A stretch of DNA of 18,564 nucleotides, taken from NCBI GenBank assembly GCA_051746725.1, contig JBNJFI010000038.1, positions 1 through 18,564 of the forward strand, written 5' to 3'. The notes below the pieces were generated by a model. The model did no database searches. It had not been told where the DNA came from and saw nothing but the letters and a program-made list of their open reading frames with translations. This document shows positions 1 through 8,437 of the stretch, in pieces. The position numbers and the translations under genes are program-made. Source of the DNA: Fusobacteriota bacterium. Its GTDB lineage: Bacteria > Fusobacteriota > Fusobacteriia > Fusobacteriales > JBNJFI01. The stretch's first letter is position 1. Every line of letters begins with the position of its first letter.

Positions 1-2
1 AT

Positions 3-2531
3 ATGAAAATAGACAGAGATATTTTACAAATATTAGTCAATCGAGATATTAAAACTAAAAAGAAAATAAAAAAGTTTCTAGAATCTGACAAATCCAATAT
101 TGCAGACCCTTTTTTGATGGAAGATGTCCAAAAATCAGTAAATCGTATCAAAAAAGCAATAAAAAATAACGAAAATATATGGATTTTCGGTGATTATGAT
201 GTGGATGGAGTTACTTCTACTTCAGTATTTATTTTAGCTCTTAGAAAATTAAATACCGAAGTCAATTTTTACATTCCTTTACGTGATGAAGGATATGGAC
301 CCAATAAAAAGGCTATTCAAGAAATCAAAGACAAAAAAGGTGATCTCATTATAACTGTTGATTGTGGAATTTCTTCTATAGAAGAAATAGATTTTGCAAA
401 TCAATTAGGCTTAGATGTTATAATAACAGATCACCATGAAATTAATAATGAACTCCCCAATGCACATGCCATTGTGAATCCTAAAAGGGAAGAAAATAAG
501 TATCATTTCAAAAATTTAGCTGGAGTTGGTACAATTTTCATGGTACTTTTAGCTTTATTTGAAGATTTAGGTAAAAAAGAAGAAATATTTGAACTACTTG
601 ATATTGTTGCTTTGGGTACTATTGCAGACATTGTTCCTCTATTAGAAGAAAATAGAATTTTTGTAAAAGAGGGCCTTGAAATTATTCAAAAACCTAAAAA
701 TATAGGTCTAAAAACTCTATTTAATTTCATATTCAAAGATAAGCAAGACGACATCAATACCGGTAATATTGGTTATAATGTAGGTCCAATTTTTAATGCA
801 GCAGGTAGATTGAAGGATGCCAAAAAAGGTGTAGAACTTTTAATAACTCCTTCTGCCACTGAGGCAAAAGCAATATCTAAAATCTTGATAAAACAAAATG
901 CAAAAAGAAAAGATATTGAAGAAAAAATTTTTAAAAGAGCTGACAGATATATTTTAGATAATAAGTTAGATCAAAGAAAAGTTATTATTGCAGGAGATGA
1001 ATCCTTTCACCATGGAGTAAATGGAATCGTCGCTTCTAAAATAACTGAAAAATATTATAAACCATCTGTAATTTTAAAATTAAAAGATGATGGAACTGCC
1101 GTTGCCTCGGCTAGAAGTATCGAAGGATTTAATATTATCGAGGCTATCAATGATTCAAAGGAACTTTTATTAAAGTATGGAGGACATCCTGCAGCTGCTG
1201 GTTTTAGTATAAAATCAGAAAATATTGAAAAATTTGAAAAAGAGATTAATAAATATGCAGATAAACATCTTTCAGAAGAAGACTTGATTAAACCTATAAA
1301 AATTGATGGTGCTATACCTATTTCTAAGGTCTCTTTTGATTTTAATAAAAGGTTAAAACAACTAGCTCCCTTTGGAATGAAAAATCCCAAACCAACTTTT
1401 AAAATCCACGGTGTCAATATTTCAAGAGTTCGAAAAATTGGTCGAGATAAAACTCATCTCATGTTTGATGTTTCAAAAAACAATATAGATATAAAAAATT
1501 GTGTTTGGTTTCAAAAAGCTGAAGAATATAATGATTTAAAGCAAAATATGTTATTCGATGTTGCTTTTAGAATACAAATGGATAGCTACAAAGATAAGTA
1601 TTATACAAAATTATTTGTGAAAGATATTAGAAAACATATCCCAGTTAAAATTAGTCGAATAAAAAAATATTTTGATCTGTATAATACTCCTTTTCCTATT
1701 GAAACAGTTTTTTATTCTAATTTAGAAGTCAAAAAAGATGATGATTTGGAAATAGATTTTAATACTAAATATGAGAATCTATCTGTCATTAAAAATAAAA
1801 GTATCAGAGGTTTTTTAGATAGTTCCACTTCTTTTTTGCTAAAACAGCTCCACGAAAACTATAATTTTAAATTTAACCTAAATATAAAAAAAGTTGAAAA
1901 AACTTCTACACATAATAATATATTTGTTGAAATTACTAGGGATTTTGATTTCAAGACATATGAATATTCAAAAAAGGGGCTATTTAATGCTATTAAAAGA
2001 TTTCTGATAGGTAAATTTGAATATAATTCACTACAAAAGGAAGTTTTAGGATCTATTTTTCATAAAAAACAAAAAACACTTTTAATTTCTCAAAAAGAAC
2101 GTGGAGTCAATACTATTATTTTAACCATAGGTATTTTTTATCTTAATTTACAGAAAAAAAAATGTAATTTAATTACTAAAGAAAATGTCCCAGAAATTTT
2201 TAAAAAATATTTTAATGTTTCAGACAAACGACCTAATTCAGATTATACTATATTTTATAATAATATACCTGAAGAAGAAGACTTAAATAAAAAAACTTTT
2301 ATATTTTCAGAAAAAGACATCAGTATCGAAGGGTTTAATAAAATTAGAGATAATTTAGAAATTCCAGATAATATAACGATTCTAGATGAAAATATTTTAA
2401 GTAATTCTGAATATGACGATGAGGCAGTTTATTCAAAAAAGATGCCTCTAGATATAAAAAAAGATATAATTAATAACATAAATAAATATTCTAAAATTTT
2501 TTCTACTAAAGATATCTTAGCTATTTTATAA
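3..2531 (+). CDS. recJ: Single-stranded-DNA-specific exonuclease RecJ with ~300-aa C-terminal extension (true start may lie upstream of the window edge)
   Basis: DHH-family motifs GDYDVDG, TVDCGI, TDHH, LAGVG, GTIADIVPL, NAAGRL; DHHA1 motif YGGH; OB-fold region PFGMKNPKP. The ATG is at position 3, so no RBS can be checked. Confidence 0.95.
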   Translation: MKIDRDILQILVNRDIKTKKKIKKFLESDKSNIADPFLMEDVQKSVNRIKKAIKNNENIWIFGDYDVDGVTSTSVFILALRKLNTEVNFYIPLRDEGYGPNKKAIQEIKDKKGDLIITVDCGISSIEEIDFANQLGLDVIITDHHEINNELPNAHAIVNPKREENKYHFKNLAGVGTIFMVLLALFEDLGKKEEIFELLDIVALGTIADIVPLLEENRIFVKEGLEIIQKPKNIGLKTLFNFIFKDKQDDINTGNIGYNVGPIFNAAGRLKDAKKGVELLITPSATEAKAISKILIKQNAKRKDIEEKIFKRADRYILDNKLDQRKVIIAGDESFHHGVNGIVASKITEKYYKPSVILKLKDDGTAVASARSIEGFNIIEAINDSKELLLKYGGHPAAAGFSIKSENIEKFEKEINKYADKHLSEEDLIKPIKIDGAIPISKVSFDFNKRLKQLAPFGMKNPKPTFKIHGVNISRVRKIGRDKTHLMFDVSKNNIDIKNCVWFQKAEEYNDLKQNMLFDVAFRIQMDSYKDKYYTKLFVKDIRKHIPVKISRIKKYFDLYNTPFPIETVFYSNLEVKKDDDLEIDFNTKYENLSVIKNKSIRGFLDSSTSFLLKQLHENYNFKFNLNIKKVEKTSTHNNIFVEITRDFDFKTYEYSKKGLFNAIKRFLIGKFEYNSLQKEVLGSIFHKKQKTLLISQKERGVNTIILTIGIFYLNLQKKKCNLITKENVPEIFKKYFNVSDKRPNSDYTIFYNNIPEEEDLNKKTFIFSEKDISIEGFNKIRDNLEIPDNITILDENILSNSEYDDEAVYSKKMPLDIKKDIINNINKYSKIFSTKDILAIL

Positions 2532-2567
2532 TCCTTACTTTTTAATCTTTACTTTTATAATCCTTAC
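2524..2567 (+). repeat. Three tandem copies of a 14-15 bp unit TTTT(A)TAATCYTTAC overlapping the recJ stop codon
   Basis: ttttataatccttac (2524-2538), tttttaatctttac (2539-2552), ttttataatccttac (2553-2567). Copies 1 and 3 are identical. Confidence 0.8.
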
Positions 2568-2571
2568 ATAA

Positions 2572-2614
2572 AAAAAGGAAAGATACTTTTATAATAAGAG
2601 TATCTTTCCTTTTT
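2572..2614. terminator. Bidirectional intrinsic terminator between convergent recJ and tmcAL
   Basis: Perfect 16-bp inverted repeat aaaaaggaaagatact (2572-2587) / agtatctttccttttt (2599-2614) with A/T tracts at both ends. Confidence 0.9.
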
Positions 2615-2641
2615 AAATTAAATTTTCTAAATATTCATATA

Positions 2642-3841
2642 TCATTTTTTTATAATTGGAATTTTTCTATCACGATTTTTTCCCTTTATATTATATATAT
2701 TATATGCTTTTTCTTCAAATTTTAGCATATATACTCCCCTTTGAGACAACTTATTATGTATTCCTGTGACATTGGTTAAAATATTTACATCTTTATTTTT
2801 AATCTGCCTTAAATATTTCATACCATTTTTATTCAATCCAAGAAGTCTAATATACGGTGATTTTTCTTGTTTTGCATCTTCTGTAATTTCTACATCAATA
2901 TTTAAAAGAGTGTGAGATAAAATTCTTTGTACCCGAGATCGAGTATATCTCTTGGTTATTATTTTTTCAAAAAAGGTATTATAATCTTCTGACTCTAAAA
3001 CCTTTTCTAGCATTCTATTTTCAAATCCTACTTCCATATCTTGGATGTATTTTAAATTTTTAAATTCTGATATTATTTTATATTTTAATATCTCAAAAAA
3101 GTCTTTCCAAAATACAAAATTATCATTTAATAACTCTCTTTTTAATATTTTATAAGTTGCTTCAGGTACAGCTTTTTTGATCTTTTGAAATTCATCACTT
3201 ATTATACTTTTCCTTATAGCAGTAGCACTGGCGATTTCTCTTTCTATATCTTGAGAATGATAACTTGCACTTTTTCTTTTAATTGTTAATGGCTTTATTT
3301 TACTTTTGTATTTTAAAATAGCCTTTATATATTCTATTCCCAAAATATTATTTGGGGTAAATATCCCTTTATATTTTAAAATGTCATTTACAGCCTTAGC
3401 CATTGCATTTGGATAACTTTCTCCTCTATCCATAGCTTTTTTGACAATTATATCCAATTCCGATTTATTTTTTACTTGTAGATTGGCTATTTTTTCTAAT
3501 TTTTTTATATCTCCAATTTCTGAACCAAAAACTATATTACTAACTTTCATTTCATCTAAAATTTTAATAGCTCCGTCACTAAAAATCTCAGCGCTTTGAT
3601 TAGAATAAAAAACTGGTAACTCAATAACAATATCTATGCCATTTTCTAAGGCCATTTCAGTTCTAGACCATTTATCCAAAAAAGCTGGTTCCCCTCTTTG
3701 TATAAAATTACTGCTCATTAGTGCAATGGATATATCGGCCCCTGATTTCTCCATAGATTTTTCTAAATGATATTTATGACCATTGTGAAAAGGATTATAT
3801 TCAACTATTAATCCCACAGCTTTTAAGTCGTCTTTTTTCAT
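2642..3841 (-). CDS. tmcAL: tRNA(Met) cytidine acetate ligase TmcAL (YlbM-like HIGH-superfamily nucleotidyltransferase)
   Basis: N-terminal GLIVEYNPFHNGH, plus FIQRGEPA, FGSE, PNNILGIEY, SATAIR and KRYTRSRVQR motifs; 399 aa; AAGGAG RBS upstream. Confidence 0.88.
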   Translation of the reverse strand: MKKDDLKAVGLIVEYNPFHNGHKYHLEKSMEKSGADISIALMSSNFIQRGEPAFLDKWSRTEMALENGIDIVIELPVFYSNQSAEIFSDGAIKILDEMKVSNIVFGSEIGDIKKLEKIANLQVKNKSELDIIVKKAMDRGESYPNAMAKAVNDILKYKGIFTPNNILGIEYIKAILKYKSKIKPLTIKRKSASYHSQDIEREIASATAIRKSIISDEFQKIKKAVPEATYKILKRELLNDNFVFWKDFFEILKYKIISEFKNLKYIQDMEVGFENRMLEKVLESEDYNTFFEKIITKRYTRSRVQRILSHTLLNIDVEITEDAKQEKSPYIRLLGLNKNGMKYLRQIKNKDVNILTNVTGIHNKLSQRGVYMLKFEEKAYNIYNIKGKNRDRKIPIIKK

Positions 3842-3859
3842 AAATTCTCCTTTATTTAA

Positions 3860-4783
3860 TTATACCTTCAACTTTCCAAAGTCTATACCAATATCATTAA
3901 AAAACATCTCTAATTGTCTTACATATTCTTCCTTATTCTCTGCATAGGCTTCTGCATGACCTCCATTTTCAGCTAAATATAATTTCTTGTAGCCAGGTTT
4001 ATTTTCATATAAAATTTCTGTCATATCCTTTTTTATATAACTGTCCTCCATTGCATGAATAAAAAAAGCTGGACTATTTATATTCTTTACAAAATCAATT
4101 GGTTTAATATCTTCTAATCTAAATTTAGCCCTTAATTTTAAAAACAAATTAGCTATGTCCACTATCAAAAAAGCTGGCAATTTATAATCTTCTTTTAATC
4201 TATATTTTACCTGTTCTCTAAAATCTGAATATGGACAATCTAAAATATAAAAATCAGCTCCATCTTCCATCCCAGCATATTGAATAGCAATAGCAGCTCC
4301 CATTGATTCTCCATGAATTCCTAAAATAATATCTTTTCCAACTCGATTTTTAGCCCAATCTACTATCTTTTTTAAGTCATATTTTTCATAATATCCATAA
4401 GTCACATATTTTCCAGGTGTATCTCCATGGCTTCTATGATCATAAATCAAAACATTCCATCCTCTATTTAGAAAAATATTCATATATTTAACTGAAATAT
4501 ATTTAGAAACCCCTACTCCATGTGAAAATATTATAGTCCTTTTTTCTTTATTATTTAAAGAAATATAATATCCATCAATTTCATATCCTTCCTCACTTTG
4601 TATTCTTATTTTTTCTTTTTCAATCATTTGAAAATCTTCATGTAAAAAACTATTATTTTCTAATTCCATTGCATATACTTCTTCTGAAGTACGTCTTCTT
4701 ATTTTTAATATTTTTTCTGAAAAGTAATATCCAATAAATACTAAAAAAAAGATCCCCCCTAGTAAACTTAATATTAATGCCAT
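3860..4783 (-). CDS. Membrane-anchored alpha/beta hydrolase (YqkD-like, serine aminopeptidase S33-type fold)
   Basis: HG oxyanion motif (FSHG), YDHRSHG, nucleophile elbow GESMG, acid at FIHAMED and His at GGHA. N-terminal hydrophobic anchor. Start moved from 4816 to the ATG at 4783 because AGGAG lies 10 nt upstream of it. Confidence 0.85.
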   Translation of the reverse strand: MALILSLLGGIFFLVFIGYYFSEKILKIRRRTSEEVYAMELENNSFLHEDFQMIEKEKIRIQSEEGYEIDGYYISLNNKEKRTIIFSHGVGVSKYISVKYMNIFLNRGWNVLIYDHRSHGDTPGKYVTYGYYEKYDLKKIVDWAKNRVGKDIILGIHGESMGAAIAIQYAGMEDGADFYILDCPYSDFREQVKYRLKEDYKLPAFLIVDIANLFLKLRAKFRLEDIKPIDFVKNINSPAFFIHAMEDSYIKKDMTEILYENKPGYKKLYLAENGGHAEAYAENKEEYVRQLEMFFNDIGIDFGKLKV

Positions 4784-5004
4784 TTTATGATTTCTCCTTT
4801 TCTTGATTTCATTCATTTTGTTTATCTTCTTATATTTAATTTTACCGTATTATACTATTAAAATCAATAAATTTATTAAAATAATTTTTGTTGTATTACA
4901 AATCTTTTTTATGCGTTTATTTTTATGCATTTATATGTTAAATTATATATAAAATTTTTAAAGCATTTACAAAATTTTGTATTATACAAAAAAGTTAATT
5001 TAAA

Positions 5005-5033
5005 TTGCTTAAATAGAGGATTTATGATAAAAT
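5005..5033 (+). promoter_or_regulatory. Sigma70/SigA-type promoter for rlmN-ponA
   Basis: TTGCTT (5005-5010), 17-nt spacer, TAAAAT (5028-5033), with extended -10 TG at 5025-5026, about 30 nt before the rlmN start. Confidence 0.7.
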
Positions 5034-5062
5034 ATATAAAAAGATTACTTGGAGGTAATAGA

Positions 5063-6109
5063 ATGTTTAATGAAAATAAAAAGAACTTATTAAATTTAAC
5101 TTATAAGGAATTAGAAGATTTTATCTTAGATTCTGGAATGAAAAAATTTAATGCAAAGCAAATTTACAAATGGTTACATGAAAAAACGGTACGAACTTTT
5201 GATGAGATGACTAACATTTCAAAAAAGGATCGTTTATTTTTACACGAAAATTGTCATATCCCTTTTTTAGAACAACTAAATGTCCAAATTTCAAAAAAGG
5301 ATAATACAGAAAAATACCTATTTGGTTTAAATGATGGGAATTCAATTGAAACTGTATTAATAAAACATAAAGATAGGAGAACTGTTTGTGTTTCTACTCA
5401 AGTTGGATGTCCAGCAAAATGTAAGTTTTGCGCAACAGGTCAAAGTGGATTTGAAAGAAATCTTGAGCTACATGAAATAATAAATCAAGTCTATACGATA
5501 AATTCTAAGTTACGAAAAAAAGGAGAATCTGTTACTAATATTGTTTTTATGGGAATGGGAGAACCTCTTTTAAATTTGGAAAATCTTTTGAAATCTGTGT
5601 ATATACTTTCAGACAAAAAAGGGCTACATATTTCAAAACGTAAAATAGTTGTATCTACAGTTGGAATTGTTCCTGGTATAGAAAAACTCATGCAAGAGGA
5701 ACTACCACTTAGATTGGCAATTTCATTACATGCAGCTACTAATGAAAAAAGGAATCAGATTATTCCTATAAATAAACAATATCCTTTGGAAGATATATTT
5801 TTAATAGTAGATGAATATCAAAAAATTAATAAAAAAAGAATCACTTTTGAATATATATTAATTGATGACTTTAACGTTTCAAAAAAGGATGGAGATAAAT
5901 TGGCAGAATTAGTACGAGGAATTGATCATACAATAAATCTTATTCCTTATAATCCAGTTAAAGGTGTGGATTTTGAACGTCCTGATAAATCTAAAATATC
6001 TGAATTTTTCAATTATTTAAAATATTCTAAATATCTAAATGTTACTGTTCGACAAGAGCGAGGTACTGATATCAATGGAGCTTGTGGACAACTTAGAAAT
6101 AATCGATAA
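5063..6109 (+). CDS. rlmN: 23S rRNA (adenine2503-C2) / tRNA (adenine37-C2) methyltransferase RlmN, radical SAM enzyme
   Basis: CVSTQVGC-PAKC-KFC (CxxxCxxC), MGMGEP, ISLH, EYILI, NLIPYNP and C-terminal GACGQL. GGAGG at 5051-5055 places the start at ATG 5063 rather than 4925. Confidence 0.95.
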   Translation: MFNENKKNLLNLTYKELEDFILDSGMKKFNAKQIYKWLHEKTVRTFDEMTNISKKDRLFLHENCHIPFLEQLNVQISKKDNTEKYLFGLNDGNSIETVLIKHKDRRTVCVSTQVGCPAKCKFCATGQSGFERNLELHEIINQVYTINSKLRKKGESVTNIVFMGMGEPLLNLENLLKSVYILSDKKGLHISKRKIVVSTVGIVPGIEKLMQEELPLRLAISLHAATNEKRNQIIPINKQYPLEDIFLIVDEYQKINKKRITFEYILIDDFNVSKKDGDKLAELVRGIDHTINLIPYNPVKGVDFERPDKSKISEFFNYLKYSKYLNVTVRQERGTDINGACGQLRNNR

Positions 6110-6124
6110 ATAGGAGAGGATTCT

Positions 6125-8221
6125 ATGAAGAAAAAAATTTTAAAAGTTATTTTAGGTCTTTTTCTGTTCTTCTTTTTTTTAGGTGGGACAGTTTCTGTAG
6201 TTCTTATTACAAAGGCCTATAAATCATTACCAAATATTGCTAAAACTGTTGAATCTTATAATCCCATAATTCCAACTATTATTTATGATATAAATGGAAA
6301 AGTCGTAGACAAAATTTCCAGAGAAAATCGTGAAATTGTTTCTATAGATAAAATACCTCAACACACAAGAGATGCTTTTGTAGCTATTGAAGATCGTAAA
6401 TTTTATAATCACCATGGTTTTGATCCCCTACGTCTTTTCAGGGCTACATTTATCAGATTTATAACATTTCGAAGAATGCAAGGTGCAAGTACTATAACTC
6501 AACAACTAGCTAAAAATGCTTTTTTGACACAACAACGTAAAATTATGAGAAAAGTTAAGGAAGCAATTTTAACTTTGGAAATTGAAAAAAAATATACAAA
6601 AAATGAAATCTTAGAAAAATATGTAAATGAAATCTATTTTGGTTCAGGAGCCTATGGAATTCAGGCTGCATCTGAGTATTATTTCGGAAAAGATGTTTCA
6701 GAACTTACACTTGCTGAATCAGCACTTTTAGCAGGTGTTCCAAATAGACCCAACGCGTATAATCCCAGCAGACACTTGGATAATGCACTGGAAAGGCAAA
6801 AAATAGTCTTGAGCCAGATGAAAAAATATGGCTTTATAACTAGTACTGAATATCAAAAAGCTATTAATTATGAAATAGTTATTAATACTCCTAAACACAA
6901 AAATTATGATTCTCCTTCTTTTACAAGTATAATTACAGAAAAAATATTCAATAATTATACTGAAAAACAAATTTATGAAGAAGGACTTCGAATCTATACC
7001 ACTGTCGATCTTGAGATGCAAAAAGTAGCTGAAGATTCCTTTAATAACGGTTATTATTTAAGAGAAAGAGAAGACTTAAACGGAGCTCTTGTTACAATCG
7101 ATTCTAATACTGGTTATGTTAAAGCAATCGTTGGAGGAAAAAATTATAAAGCAGGTAATTTTAATAGAGCAACCATGGCTATCCGTCAACCTGGTTCTTC
7201 TTTTAAACCTTTTTTGTATTTAACCGCTCTTAGACTGGGATACCAAATGAATCTTTTAGTTGAAGATTCTGAGTTAAAATTTGGAGATTGGGAGCCTCAA
7301 AATTATAGTGAATTATTCCGTGGGAATATGACTTTATTACAAGGTATGGAAGATTCAGTTAACATCGTTGCAATTAAGTTATTAAAAAAATTGATAATTA
7401 AAAATATGATTAAAACTGCCAGATTAGCTGGCATTACAACTGATATCCCTTATGATTTAAGTACTGCATTGGGAAGTATTGGAATAACTCCTCTTGAATT
7501 AGCATCTGGATATGTTCCTTTTTCCAATGGTGGTTTTAAAATAGAACCTATTTTTATTAAAAAAATTGAAGATAGATATGGAAAAATTATTTTTGAAAAT
7601 AATATCAAAAAAGAAAAGGTATTTGACTCAGAAAGTATATCTATGTTAGTTCATATGATGAAAAATGTTGTTAAAAATGGATCTGGTAAAAATGCAAATG
7701 TTAATATTCCACAGGCAGGTAAAACTGGAACAACAAATAACTTTTCCAATGCTTGGTTTTCTGGATATACTCCAGATTTTGTAACTACAATTTATGCAGG
7801 TTATGATGATAATAAATCCATGGGAAATGGAATGACTGGTGGTCAAGTTGCTGCTTCTATTTGGGGAGATTATGTTCAAACTCTTATAGATAAGGATTTA
7901 TATATTCCTACTGAATTTAACTTTTTAGAAGATAATGTTAAAAATAAAAAACTTATTTATGAAGATATTGATTTAAAAACTGGTCTTTTGACTAATAGTG
8001 GGCCTATTCGAAAAGGATTATTTAATAGATCTAAACTACCAGTTGAATACAATACCAAATATAATAATGGTTTAGAACCTTTATTAATTAAGGAAGAAAT
8101 TAGTAATGATGATCAAAAAAGTAATAAACAAAATGAAAAGCCTAAATCTAATATTGAAAAAATTGAAGAAAAAGACAAAAAAGATGTAATTGGAGATATT
8201 TTAGATAATATATTATTTTAA
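6125..8221 (+). CDS. ponA: Class A penicillin-binding protein (PBP1A family, bifunctional transglycosylase/transpeptidase)
   Basis: N-terminal TM anchor; GT51 motifs EDRKFYNHHG, GASTITQQLAKN, RKVKE, YVNEIYFG; transpeptidase motifs SSFK, SVN and KTG; GGAGAGG RBS. Confidence 0.93.
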   Translation: MKKKILKVILGLFLFFFFLGGTVSVVLITKAYKSLPNIAKTVESYNPIIPTIIYDINGKVVDKISRENREIVSIDKIPQHTRDAFVAIEDRKFYNHHGFDPLRLFRATFIRFITFRRMQGASTITQQLAKNAFLTQQRKIMRKVKEAILTLEIEKKYTKNEILEKYVNEIYFGSGAYGIQAASEYYFGKDVSELTLAESALLAGVPNRPNAYNPSRHLDNALERQKIVLSQMKKYGFITSTEYQKAINYEIVINTPKHKNYDSPSFTSIITEKIFNNYTEKQIYEEGLRIYTTVDLEMQKVAEDSFNNGYYLREREDLNGALVTIDSNTGYVKAIVGGKNYKAGNFNRATMAIRQPGSSFKPFLYLTALRLGYQMNLLVEDSELKFGDWEPQNYSELFRGNMTLLQGMEDSVNIVAIKLLKKLIIKNMIKTARLAGITTDIPYDLSTALGSIGITPLELASGYVPFSNGGFKIEPIFIKKIEDRYGKIIFENNIKKEKVFDSESISMLVHMMKNVVKNGSGKNANVNIPQAGKTGTTNNFSNAWFSGYTPDFVTTIYAGYDDNKSMGNGMTGGQVAASIWGDYVQTLIDKDLYIPTEFNFLEDNVKNKKLIYEDIDLKTGLLTNSGPIRKGLFNRSKLPVEYNTKYNNGLEPLLIKEEISNDDQKSNKQNEKPKSNIEKIEEKDKKDVIGDILDNILF

Positions 8222-8253
8222 AACAAAAAAGGGGGCTAGCCCCCTTTTTTGTT
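8222..8253. terminator. Bidirectional intrinsic terminator (perfect 32-bp palindrome) after ponA
   Basis: aacaaaaaagggggctagcccccttttttgtt equals its own reverse complement; G/C stem flanked by A6/T6; directly follows the ponA stop. Confidence 0.92.
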
Positions 8254-8352
8254 ATTTAATAGCTAGTTGCAAAATTGTAATCTACTGATTTTATTTTATT
8301 TATTAGACCTAATAATTACGGCTTCCCTCCATTTTTATATACTGCTCACACC

Positions 8353-8376
8353 CGGGCAAATGCCATTTGCCCTTAC
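8353..8376 (-). repeat. REP-like palindrome copy 1 (GTAA + GC-rich hairpin)
   Basis: Minus strand reads GTAAGGGCAAATGGCATTTGCCCG, with perfect 9-bp arms GGGCAAATG/CATTTGCCC. Confidence 0.75.
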
Positions 8377-8413
8377 AGAAAAACTTATATCCTTATACCT
8401 ACGTAACCTGACC

Positions 8414-8437
8414 GTAAGGGCGAAGGGCCTTCGCCCG
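8414..8437 (+). repeat. REP-like palindrome copy 2 (GTAA + GC-rich hairpin), inverted relative to copy 1
   Basis: GTAAGGGCGAAGGGCCTTCGCCCG, with perfect 9-bp arms GGGCGAAGG/CCTTCGCCC; 20/24 identical to copy 1. Confidence 0.75.

Noticed and set aside
1055..1417. Antisense and alternative-frame ORFs (1055-1417, 5491-5691, 6227-6415, 6728-7021, 7646-7879, 8555-8740, 11882-12169, 12254-12436, 15304-15525, 15738-16040)
   Set aside because: All lie within or across well-supported genes and show no recognisable motifs; they are typical shadow ORFs.
4925..5062. 46-aa N-terminal extension of RlmN in the ORF track
   Set aside because: The region contains a good promoter (5005-5033) and GGAGG before ATG 5063, so it is an in-frame non-coding leader.
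5063..6109. Possible Cfr-type resistance methyltransferase
   Set aside because: Housekeeping context next to ponA, no mobile element, and ordinary RlmN motifs; nothing specific points to Cfr, though a phylogeny would be decisive.
8321..8334. Anti-Shine-Dalgarno-like CTTCCCTCC suggesting an sRNA or small toxin gene
   Set aside because: No promoter-terminator pair defines a transcript, and the minus-strand reading gives only a 7-codon ORF.
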